This document shows, piece by piece, positions 31,408 to 38,817 of a stretch of 38,817 nucleotides of DNA. The stretch is taken from positions 1-38,817 of the forward strand of contig JAEZZB010000017.1 in assembly GCA_023442495.1 (NCBI GenBank). Direction: 5' to 3'. The DNA is from Bacillota bacterium. Lineage in GTDB: Bacteria; Bacillota; Clostridia; Tissierellales; Peptoniphilaceae. The position numbers and the translations under genes were made by a program. The notes beneath the pieces were generated by a model. That model was not told the origin of the DNA. It searched no databases and saw only the letters and a list, made by a program, of their open reading frames with translations. Numbering within the stretch: position 1 is the stretch's first letter; each line of letters begins with the position of its first letter.

Positions 31408-31439
31408 AAAAAAACTGAATTGAGAAAACTCAAATTCAG
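31408..31439 (-). terminator. Intrinsic terminator after secG
   Basis: Minus strand CTGAATTTGAG-TTTT-CTCAATTCAG followed by TTTTTTT. Confidence 0.75.
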
Positions 31440-31442
31440 ATT

Positions 31443-31667
31443 TTAAAATATAGCTAATAGTAATGCTGTTAATGCAAATATAACACCAAATACTATTGTA
31501 GCTGTGCTTAACATCTTTTCTTTACCTCTAGATGCTGATTTACCAAATATATTAGCAGATGAACCTGAAATAGATCCCATACCTTCTGCTTTAGGTTCCA
31601 TTAGTATTGTAGATAATATTATTCCAATACTTGAAATAAGTAATAAAATTACTAAAGCTGTTTCCAT
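31443..31667 (-). CDS. secG: Preprotein translocase subunit SecG
   Basis: Two TMs with a K..G.G.ISG....FGK...RG.E..L linker; upstream of rnr. Confidence 0.93.
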   Translation of the reverse strand: METALVILLLISSIGIILSTILMEPKAEGMGSISGSSANIFGKSASRGKEKMLSTATIVFGVIFALTALLLAIF

Positions 31668-31696
31668 ATTAACCTCTTTTCATAAATAACACTCAT

Positions 31697-31725
31697 ATTG
31701 TAACAAAAAAACAAGTATTTTTCAA
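31697..31725 (-). promoter_or_regulatory. Putative sigma-A promoter for secG
   Basis: TTGAAA (31725-31720), 17 nt, TACAAT (31702-31697) with extended TG. Confidence 0.65.
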
Positions 31726-32369
31726 TTAACTATTATTAATTCTTTAATTTTTTCAAAAGTTTTATCACCAATACCTGATATGTTTTTTATATCTTCAATA
31801 TTTCTAAATTTCTTATTTTCTCTATAATTTATTATTTCGATAGCTCTTTTATCACCAATACCTGGTAATTTCATAAGTTGTTCTTTATTTGCTGTATTAA
31901 TATTAATTTTACCAGAATCATTAGTTTCAAAATTATTTGTTATATTTTCTAAATCATTATTAAAATCAGATGACATTTCATTATTTGTCTCACCTACTTT
32001 TCTAATATAAATTTTCATTTCATCAAATAATTTTTTAGCAAAATTAATATTTGAAGTTTCGGCATCTGGACATAAGCCACCTGCGATATCTATAGCATCT
32101 ATAATTCTTTGATTATCTCTTAATTTATAGACTCCAGGATTTATTATACAGCCAGAAATATCTACATAAATTTCTTCTGATATTGTCTCGATAACACTTT
32201 CTTTTAATTTGTCTATATCAGAATTATTTTCATGATATTTTGTTTCTTCAAATAAAAATTGATTATTATCTATATCAGACTCATTCTTTTTATTAAAATA
32301 ACCAACTAATATAAATATAGTAGCCAAAAAAATAATAATTATTTTATCAAAATATTTTTTTATTTTCAT
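31722..32369 (-). CDS. comEA: ComEA family DNA-binding protein (TM, SLBB, HhH)
   Basis: VDISG.I.NPGVY, RI.DAI..AGG, ININTA..EQL..LPGIG.K.A..II.YR, second GIGDKT; ATG at 32369 after GAGGTG. Confidence 0.9.
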   Translation of the reverse strand: MKIKKYFDKIIIIFLATIFILVGYFNKKNESDIDNNQFLFEETKYHENNSDIDKLKESVIETISEEIYVDISGCIINPGVYKLRDNQRIIDAIDIAGGLCPDAETSNINFAKKLFDEMKIYIRKVGETNNEMSSDFNNDLENITNNFETNDSGKININTANKEQLMKLPGIGDKRAIEIINYRENKKFRNIEDIKNISGIGDKTFEKIKELIIVN

Positions 32370-32391
32370 ACTCACCTCAATGGCGAGCTGT

Positions 32392-32700
32392 CTAATCCCA
32401 TAATTTTTCTATATCGTAAAATTCTCTCGTTTGTTCTGTAAATATATGAACTATAATATCTCCTAAGTCCAATAATATCCAAGTTGCATCTCTGAAACCT
32501 TCGCTGCCTAAGACTTCAAATCCTTCCTTTGTAACTTTTTCTTCTATTTCATCAGCAATTGCTTTAGTTTGTTGAATTGAGCTGCCTGTAACTATTACGA
32601 AATAATCAGCGATAGTTGATTTACCACCAAATTCAATAACTTTTACATTTTCTCCTAATTTTGAATCAATCGCTTTTAAAACAATATCAAGTTTATTCAT
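32392..32700 (-). CDS. rsfS: Ribosome silencing factor
   Basis: AIDSKLG, ADYFVIVTG, WILLDLGDIIVHIF...REFYDIEKLW. Confidence 0.95.
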   Translation of the reverse strand: MNKLDIVLKAIDSKLGENVKVIEFGGKSTIADYFVIVTGSSIQQTKAIADEIEEKVTKEGFEVLGSEGFRDATWILLDLGDIIVHIFTEQTREFYDIEKLWD

Positions 32701-33271
32701 TAACTCTCCTTAGTAAATAATTTCTTGCTTTTAATGTTTCTATATTAATTATAACATGTTTCTCAATTAAATATTTAATTGTAACATCTAAACAAAGTAA
32801 TATTCCTTTATCTAAATCTTTTAATGTTTGATTTCTAACAAGTGCAGACTCTTTAAAGTCACGACCTGGTTCAGTGAAATCTGCTATAAAAATTATCTTT
32901 TCTAATAAAGTCATATCTTCTTTACCAGTAGTATGCCATCTTATAGCATCTAAAATTTCTGGATCATAAACGCCATAAATTTCCATTGCAACATATACAC
33001 CTAAAATAGCATGCGCTAAAGTAAAATCCTCAAATACCTCTTCTCTCTTTAAATTATATTTTTTCTTAAATTCATTAAAATATTTTTCTTCATTATTTTT
33101 AGCACAATCATGAAGTAATGCTGCCATTATAACTTTTCTATCATCCAATCCAAGATTTAGTAATTGATTTAATTTAAATGCTTCATCTGTTACTCTTAAT
33201 ACATGATTATATCTTGCTTCTTTCAAATCGGTTTTTAGTTGTTTTTTAACTTGTTCAATCTTCATTACCAT
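32693..33271 (-). CDS. yqeK: HD-domain Ap4A hydrolase YqeK
   Basis: RY.H..RV, LLHDCAK, AI.WHTTG, IFIAD..EPGR; nadD-yqeK-rsfS synteny. Confidence 0.92.
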   Translation of the reverse strand: MVMKIEQVKKQLKTDLKEARYNHVLRVTDEAFKLNQLLNLGLDDRKVIMAALLHDCAKNNEEKYFNEFKKKYNLKREEVFEDFTLAHAILGVYVAMEIYGVYDPEILDAIRWHTTGKEDMTLLEKIIFIADFTEPGRDFKESALVRNQTLKDLDKGILLCLDVTIKYLIEKHVIINIETLKARNYLLRRVNE

Positions 33272-33849
33272 AGTCCGTTCTCCTTGATATATTTAATAGT
33301 GCTATCTTGTAATAAATATTTTGGATAATATCCATTTTTTATGCTATTTCTAATATCCGTTGATGATATTTCTAATTGTAAATCATCATAATAAATTAGA
33401 TTTTTATATAAATTATTAAAATTATCAAACTTATCTATATCTATATCATATCCTGGTCTTTTGAAAATTACTAATCTAATCATATTTAATAAATCTTCAT
33501 ATCTATACCATGTATGGATATTATTAAATGAATCAGATCCGATAATAAAATAAAAATCATCATTTATATATATTTTTTTTAATTCATTAATCACGTTAAA
33601 ACTATATGAATTTCCTTTAATATTTGCTTCTACACCAGAAATATCAAAATATTTATTATTTTCAGCAATTAATTTTGTCATATTGTATCTATGGCTAAAA
33701 TCTACCAAGTCTACTTGCTTATGATATGGATTTGCAGTTGGAACTAAGAGTATTTTATCTAAATCTAATCTATATCTTGCTTGCTCAGCAATAATTAAAT
33801 GACCTATATGAACAGGATTAAAAGACGAACCGAATATACCGACTTTCAT
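33265..33849 (-). CDS. nadD: Nicotinate-nucleotide adenylyltransferase
   Basis: FGSSFNPVHIGH (HxGH), PYHK, IIGSD, W, ISSTDIR. Confidence 0.95.
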   Translation of the reverse strand: MKVGIFGSSFNPVHIGHLIIAEQARYRLDLDKILLVPTANPYHKQVDLVDFSHRYNMTKLIAENNKYFDISGVEANIKGNSYSFNVINELKKIYINDDFYFIIGSDSFNNIHTWYRYEDLLNMIRLVIFKRPGYDIDIDKFDNFNNLYKNLIYYDDLQLEISSTDIRNSIKNGYYPKYLLQDSTIKYIKENGLW

Positions 33850-33857
33850 ATATACTC

Positions 33858-34145
33858 CTATGGTAATTTTATAATCTTTTCTTTACTTTGTTTAAATATA
33901 ACAAATTTATTACCCATATGGGAAACTAAATCACAATTTGTTTTTTCAACAATTTCATTAATTATTTCATCATGATCTTCTAAATTATTATTTAATATTT
34001 TAATCTTAACTAATTCACTTGCAGTAAGTGTATCATTAATTTGTGTAATTAAATTCTCACTTATACCATTTTTACCAATATTTATCTTTGGATCCATCGT
34101 ATTTGCAAGTGATTTTAGATATTTTCTTTGCTTTGAATTTAACAT
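33858..34145 (-). CDS. yhbY: YhbY/CRM RNA-binding protein
   Basis: MLNSKQRKYLKSLA, IGKNG, ELVKIKIL; ATG at 34145 after AGGAG. Confidence 0.93.
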   Translation of the reverse strand: MLNSKQRKYLKSLANTMDPKINIGKNGISENLITQINDTLTASELVKIKILNNNLEDHDEIINEIVEKTNCDLVSHMGNKFVIFKQSKEKIIKLP

Positions 34146-34152
34146 AATTCTC

Positions 34153-35427
34153 CTATCCAAAATATTCTATCTCAACACCATTTACATCAATTGTATCACC
34201 ATCTATTATACCCAATTCTTGCAATCTATCCATCACACCCATCTTTTCTAAAACAGATTCAAAATGACTTAGTGATTCAAAATCATCAAAATTAGTCTTT
34301 CTAATAAGTTCTACTATCGGATATCCTTCTACTACAAAAATATCACCGTCTTTATAAACATCAATAGTTCTATCAACTTTAAAGAAATTCTCTAAATCTA
34401 GTATTTCGCCTTCATCAAGACTATGATATTCTTTCTTAATATTATTTAGTTTTTCAAAAATATAATATTTAAGTTTTTCTACACCTTCAGTAGTAGCGGC
34501 AGATGTTTCAATAACATCAAGTTCAGGAAAATTTAATTTAAATATTTCTAAATTTTCTTTTGCCCCTTCAATATCCATTTTATTTGCAACTACAAATAGA
34601 TCTTTTTCTTTTAATTTTTGACTATATTTAGAAAGTTCATTCATAATCACATTGAAATCTTCTATTGGGTTTCTTCCTTCTGATCCTGACATATCTAAAA
34701 CATGTACAAGAAGTCTTGTTCTTTCGACATGTCTTAAAAATTGCAAACCAAGACCTACACCTTCACTTGCATTTTCAATAATTCCAGGAATATCTGCAAT
34801 TATATAAGAGTTTTGAAAATCTATTTTAACAACACCTAAATTTGGAGTTAATGTTGTAAAATGATAGTTCGCAATTTTAGGTTTAGCATCAGATAATATT
34901 GATAATAATGATGATTTACCTACATTTGGTAATCCTATAAAACCAACATCTGCTATAAGTTTCACTTCTAAAATGACTTCTATTTCCTGTGCTGGCTCTC
35001 CTGGTTCAGCGAATCTCGGTGCTTGACGAATGGAATTAGCAAATTTAGCATTTCCTTTACCACCTTTTCCACCTTTTGCAATTAAAAATTCTTGGCCATC
35101 TTCTACTAAATCAACAATGATTTTGTTTGAGTTAGCTTCTCTTACAATTGTACCTTCTGGGACATGAATAATCATATCCTCACCTTTTTTACCATATTGA
35201 TTTTTATTTCTACCTGGTTCACCATTTTGCGCAAAATAGTGTCTTTTATATTTAAAATCTAAAAGTGTTTGAACATTTGAGTCAGCTTTAAGTATGATAT
35301 TACCACCATCTCCACCGTCTCCACCAGCTGGTCCTCCATCTGGTTCAAACTTTTCTCTTCTCCATGCTATGGCTCCATCACCACCTGCACCAGATTTAAG
35401 AGTAATCTTTGCAATATCTAAAAACAT
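34153..35427 (-). CDS. obgE: GTPase ObgE/CgtA
   Basis: Gly-rich Obg domain (GGP.GGDGG.GG), GLPNVGKS, YHFTTL.PNLG, DIPG, NKMD, and Firmicute-type C-terminal domain. Confidence 0.98.
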   Translation of the reverse strand: MFLDIAKITLKSGAGGDGAIAWRREKFEPDGGPAGGDGGDGGNIILKADSNVQTLLDFKYKRHYFAQNGEPGRNKNQYGKKGEDMIIHVPEGTIVREANSNKIIVDLVEDGQEFLIAKGGKGGKGNAKFANSIRQAPRFAEPGEPAQEIEVILEVKLIADVGFIGLPNVGKSSLLSILSDAKPKIANYHFTTLTPNLGVVKIDFQNSYIIADIPGIIENASEGVGLGLQFLRHVERTRLLVHVLDMSGSEGRNPIEDFNVIMNELSKYSQKLKEKDLFVVANKMDIEGAKENLEIFKLNFPELDVIETSAATTEGVEKLKYYIFEKLNNIKKEYHSLDEGEILDLENFFKVDRTIDVYKDGDIFVVEGYPIVELIRKTNFDDFESLSHFESVLEKMGVMDRLQELGIIDGDTIDVNGVEIEYFG

Positions 35428-35437
35428 ATATACCTCT

Positions 35438-35469
35438 AAAAAAAATATCCAGAATTAAAATTCTGGATA
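35438..35469 (-). terminator. Intrinsic terminator after rpmA
   Basis: Minus strand TATCCAGAAT-TTTA-ATTCTGGATA followed by a run of 8 T. Confidence 0.8.
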
Positions 35470-35480
35470 ATACATTCAAA

Positions 35481-35771
35481 TTAAGCTAATTGTTCTCTTG
35501 AATAAACACTAACTTTCTTTCTATCTTTGCCAAGTCTTTCAAACTTAACAACACCATCAGCTTTTGCAAACAATGTATCGTCTTTTCCGATACCTACATT
35601 TTCACCTGGGTGAATTTTTGTTCCTCTTTGTCTTACAAGAATATTTCCTGCTAAAACAAATTGTCCGTCTGCTCTTTTAGCTCCTAATCTTTTAGCTCTT
35701 GAATCTCTACCATTTCTAGTAGATGATACCCCTTTTTTACTTGCAAAAAATTGTAAATCTAATTTTAACAT
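35481..35771 (-). CDS. rpmA: 50S ribosomal protein L27 with cleavable N-terminal extension
   Basis: [32 protein letters not shown]. Confidence 0.99.
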   Translation of the reverse strand: MLKLDLQFFASKKGVSSTRNGRDSRAKRLGAKRADGQFVLAGNILVRQRGTKIHPGENVGIGKDDTLFAKADGVVKFERLGKDRKKVSVYSREQLA

Positions 35772-35773
35772 TT

Positions 35774-36109
35774 CTACACCTCCATGTAGTCTACTCTAAT
35801 AAAATCGCCATAATGTTTTTTTAGGGATTTAATACCTAAATCAAACTTCTTTAGTATTAATTGGCTGTCATGGTTATTTTTAATATCTGTATTATCTTTC
35901 AATATTAGCTTTCCCACATTATTATCAAACAAATATTCAATATTTTTTTCCATCATCAATATATCTGTAAAAGTATCTATAGTATTTACTGCAAGTATGG
36001 TAACTGCTGAACAAACTATATCACTGCCATATTCAGCATAATTTGCATGACCTCTAATTTCAAATCCTTTGATGACGTCATTATTTTTATAAATTTTAAC
36101 CTTAATCAT
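35774..36109 (-). CDS. prp: Ribosomal-processing cysteine protease Prp
   Basis: GHA....G.DIVCSAV catalytic His/Cys; between rplU and rpmA. Confidence 0.94.
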   Translation of the reverse strand: MIKVKIYKNNDVIKGFEIRGHANYAEYGSDIVCSAVTILAVNTIDTFTDILMMEKNIEYLFDNNVGKLILKDNTDIKNNHDSQLILKKFDLGIKSLKKHYGDFIRVDYMEV

Positions 36110-36417
36110 TATCCTATTGAATTAATTCTAACTCTTGTATATGGTTGTCTATGACCTTGTTTTGTTTGAGAACCTTTTTTAGGTCTATATTTAAAAACAA
36201 CTATTTTCTTATCTTTACCATGTTCTAATACTTCAGCAGATACCTTTGCACCATCTACTAGAGGTGACCCAACTTTTACTTCTTCTTCATTTGAAACTAA
36301 TAAAACTTCATCGAAATCAAATGTAGAACCTACTTCAGCATTTAATTTTTCTACTTTTAAAATATCGCCTTCTTTTACTTGGTATTGTTTACCACCTGTT
36401 TTAATTACTGCGTACAT
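36109..36417 (-). CDS. rplU: 50S ribosomal protein L21
   Basis: [20 protein letters not shown]. Confidence 0.99.
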   Translation of the reverse strand: MYAVIKTGGKQYQVKEGDILKVEKLNAEVGSTFDFDEVLLVSNEEEVKVGSPLVDGAKVSAEVLEHGKDKKIVVFKYRPKKGSQTKQGHRQPYTRVRINSIG

Positions 36418-36437
36418 GTATCTTCCTCCTCTATTAA

Positions 36438-36495
36438 TATTCTCGCTAATCGGGTGAATTACTTCTTAATACCCTTCATATGCGGTTTAGATACT
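36438..36495 (-). ncRNA. Probable L21 ribosomal protein leader
   Basis: The 5' UTR of rplU contains CGC...GGGU...ACCC...GCGAG nested pairings between the promoter and the GGAGG SD, as in Firmicute L21 leaders. Confidence 0.6.
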
Positions 36496-36500
36496 CGAAT

Positions 36501-36529
36501 AGTATAGCATTTTATGCTTGTAATGTCAA
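36501..36529 (-). promoter_or_regulatory. Strong sigma-A promoter of rplU-prp-rpmA
   Basis: TTGACA (36529-36524), 17 nt, TATACT (36506-36501) with extended TG. Confidence 0.85.
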
Positions 36530-36530
36530 A

Positions 36531-37511
36531 TTAAAATATGATTATTTCAACAAAATCTAAATTAGAATAGCCTAATATTTTGAATTTTAGATTGTATTGC
36601 GAAAAAATTTTGTCAAGTTCTTTTAGTAAAATTTTTTTATCACTATAATTCATTCTCAAAAAATCTATTATCAACATTTTTTTTATATTTCTTAGCTTTA
36701 TTTGGATTGCTATTTCTTTTATTACTAAAAAATTTACCTTCAAGGACATGTCTTCCTTAGCAAGATCAATAAATTTATTTTTTGAATTCACATCAATAAC
36801 AGTTAGTGCTTCAAGCTGATCAATTACAATTTCAATCCCTCTAATATCTATTTTTCTTTTATTCATATCAATTATTTGTCTTGAAATAAGCTTATGATAT
36901 TTAGGATTGAAATCTTTATCAAATATAATATTTGAAATTTTTTTATTTGAAATTATCTCATATTCGTAATTTTCAATAAAATCAGATAAAAAATTGCTCT
37001 GTCTTATTAGCTTTGGTTTAGGAAGCAGATTCTTCTCTTTCTGAATTGATTCATGTTCTTTTAATAATAGATTTAATCTGTTAGATATTTCTTCATTGCC
37101 TAGATATTTCCCTTTGGTTCTCAATAAATAGGAATTACCTGCTAATTCAAATATATTTTTATTATTCGATTTTACAAAAGGTAAATATACAATATAACCA
37201 TCTGTTAATGAGTATTTTTGAGATAATTCATAAAGTTTATCACCCGACTTAGTTTCAATAAGTTCTACGATTACATCCATTGATGGTTTTATATTTGAAA
37301 TGGTGTTTTTTGTTTTTAGTAAACCATTCTTTTCTAGACCAATATCCAAAATATAAGCATCCATAGATTTCACATATTTTAAGACTTTTGCTCTATATAT
37401 ATTTCCTTTTAAAGTATAAGATTGATCAAAATAAGTTATAAGTCTATTATCTTTAATTTCGCCATATTCTATTTTATCTACATCATGAAAAATAAATCTA
37501 AAATTCTCCAT
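36531..37511 (-). CDS. rng: Ribonuclease E/G family protein, compact
   Basis: GNIYRAKV...M.AY.LDIG..KNG.L (S1), LLRT (5' sensor), EALTVIDVNS, and IA.QI.LRNI...IIDFL.M; upstream of rplU. Confidence 0.85.
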   Translation of the reverse strand: MENFRFIFHDVDKIEYGEIKDNRLITYFDQSYTLKGNIYRAKVLKYVKSMDAYILDIGLEKNGLLKTKNTISNIKPSMDVIVELIETKSGDKLYELSQKYSLTDGYIVYLPFVKSNNKNIFELAGNSYLLRTKGKYLGNEEISNRLNLLLKEHESIQKEKNLLPKPKLIRQSNFLSDFIENYEYEIISNKKISNIIFDKDFNPKYHKLISRQIIDMNKRKIDIRGIEIVIDQLEALTVIDVNSKNKFIDLAKEDMSLKVNFLVIKEIAIQIKLRNIKKMLIIDFLRMNYSDKKILLKELDKIFSQYNLKFKILGYSNLDFVEIIIF

Positions 37512-37522
37512 TATTATGCCAA

Positions 37523-38092
37523 TTATTTTAATAATCCTTTCAATTTTTCAAAAAATGAAAATTCATTATAATCTAATAATTTATTATTGTCTAAATTCTC
37601 ATATAATTGATTTAAATCATCTTTATTATCATTTAAGAAACCATAAATTTTATAATTTTGAATTATCTTAAAATTAAATTTAGAACAAATAATATTATAT
37701 TTATCTTGTTCTGGATATTCACATATAGCTATAGTTTCATTATTTAAATTATAATCTAAGAGCTGATCCAATAAGAAAAACACATAATCATAATCTTCAA
37801 ATATTTCATTTTCGAATATTCCATTATCTACAGTATCTTTCTTTTTCTTATATGATGATGGCAGTATATCTATATTATCATCAACACTAATTATTGCATC
37901 TTCTAAAGAAATAATTCCAGCTAAAACATCTGAATTATCATAAATAACATATTCTTCTATCTCATATGAACGCTCAAGCATTCTACTTTCTTGTATTAAA
38001 CTAACAATAAGTTTTCTACCATCAAACTTTTCAATTAGTTTAGGTATATATTCAATAAATTCCTCTTCAATTATAAAAAAATATTTTTTCAT
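37523..38092 (-). CDS. Hypothetical protein resembling a degenerate MinD (no Walker A)
   Basis: By-eye similarity to the MinD central region (R.LE....E..VIYD..DVL.G...L..AI......I.ILP.S...K, YDYV) and a C-terminal amphipathic helix FSFFEKLKGLLK; located where minCDE usually lies, after mrdA. Confidence 0.6.
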   Translation of the reverse strand: MKKYFFIIEEEFIEYIPKLIEKFDGRKLIVSLIQESRMLERSYEIEEYVIYDNSDVLAGIISLEDAIISVDDNIDILPSSYKKKKDTVDNGIFENEIFEDYDYVFFLLDQLLDYNLNNETIAICEYPEQDKYNIICSKFNFKIIQNYKIYGFLNDNKDDLNQLYENLDNNKLLDYNEFSFFEKLKGLLK

Positions 38093-38113
38093 GCTATATT
38101 CCTATTCTTTGAA

Positions 38114-38817
38114 TTATTGATTTGTATCTGACTCTTCATTCTCTTTTTCATCTATTTTTTCTTCAATTGAATATGTTCTATAACTACTATCTATTTCCTC
38201 TCCAGGTCTTGTAAGATTAAATCTTGAATCTTTTTTCACATATTTATAATATGCATAGATGATATCATTGTTTGCCCCACGCATATTTTCAGATTTTGTA
38301 CCTTCCATTACAGAAAAGTAAACGGCAATTTCGGGTTCATCAAACGGTGCAAATGCTATTTCCGATACAATTCTATCATAAAAATCACCGGTCTTCGGAT
38401 CGATACTTCCTACGTCAGCAGTCCCCGTTTTGGAGCCGACTTCGAATGGAAAATTACTTCTAAATTGAACTGATGATGAAGCTCTTCTCATACCTTCTTT
38501 AACTATCTTAAAATAGCTTTGATTAATACCTGAATCAGTGATATTAGGTTCATTCACAAATATATCTTCTGTATTGTTGTAATTTTTAATGGCCTTTAAT
38601 AATGTCGGATGAACAAATTTACCTTCATTACCTAGTATACCTGCATATTGTACCATTTGCATTGGTGTATATGAGTTTTGACCTTGACCAATTACCATAT
38701 TTACTTTATCATGCTCATCCCATTTAGCAACATTTAAATAGCTATACTTTATTAAATCGCCAAGTCCTATCGTTCTACCTTCTAAAGGTTCTAACGCTTC
38801 ATATCCCATATTTTCTA
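38114..38817 (-). CDS. mrdA: Class B penicillin-binding protein (PBP2/MrdA-like), 3' part; runs off the right edge
   Basis: IGQGQNSYTPMQM, GSKTGTA, FAPFDEPEIAV. The frame stays open beyond the ATG at 38809 to the window edge. Confidence 0.8.
   Translation of the reverse strand, partial: ENMGYEALEPLEGRTIGLGDLIKYSYLNVAKWDEHDKVNMVIGQGQNSYTPMQMVQYAGILGNEGKFVHPTLLKAIKNYNNTEDIFVNEPNITDSGINQSYFKIVKEGMRRASSSVQFRSNFPFEVGSKTGTADVGSIDPKTGDFYDRIVSEIAFAPFDEPEIAVYFSVMEGTKSENMRGANNDIIYAYYKYVKKDSRFNLTRPGEEIDSSYRTYSIEEKIDEKENEESDTNQ

Noticed and set aside
31760..31865. Direct repeat TTTATCACCAATACCTG occurring twice
   Set aside because: Encodes the two GIGDK helix-hairpin-helix motifs of ComEA.
35481..36109. 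L27 N-terminal extension plus adjacent protease
   Set aside because: The well-known L27/Prp system of Firmicutes; not novel.
38318..38446. GC3-rich patch as a diversity-generating retroelement variable region
   Set aside because: No template repeat or reverse transcriptase in the window, and the unusual codons include C-for-T types that adenine-specific mutagenesis does not explain.
18103..38463. Remaining small ORF-track calls (18103, 18769, 20181, 21312, 21861, 22785, 22992, 23411, 28108, 30836, 31504, 38272)
   Set aside because: All lie within or antisense to confidently identified genes and lack their own translation signals.

Overview
A very AT-rich, gene-dense stretch of core chromosome from a low-GC Firmicute. 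Gene content and order are compatible with a Clostridia/Tissierellia-type organism, but I cannot assign a species from sequence alone. Most genes are on the minus strand. Reading that strand from the right edge: the 3' part of a class B PBP (mrdA-like), a degenerate MinD-like ORF, a short RNase E/G, rplU-prp-rpmA, obgE-yhbY-nadD-yqeK-rsfS-comEA, secG, rnr-smpB-cyclohydrolase, yabO-divIC-tilS-ftsH-membrane protein-panT-coaX-MATE, hflX-yigZ-membrane protein-lgt, a reduced dcw cluster (mraZ-rsmH-ftsL-pbp-mraY-murD-ftsW-ftsZ), then nrdR, rarA and the 5' part of asnS. The plus strand carries a class A PBP, an OmpR/BaeS-type two-component pair and a stand-alone PTS EIIA. I saw no rRNA, tRNA, CRISPR array, integrase or transposase, and no convincing new multi-gene system. 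The best leads are (1) a MinD-derived protein that has lost its P-loop but keeps the membrane-targeting helix, with no minC/minE beside it; (2) a pan-motif-like RNA hairpin abutting the ribosome-binding site of panT-coaX; (3) a patch of anomalous codon usage across the KTG motif of the mrdA-like PBP; and (4) stripped-down RNase G and RNase R.
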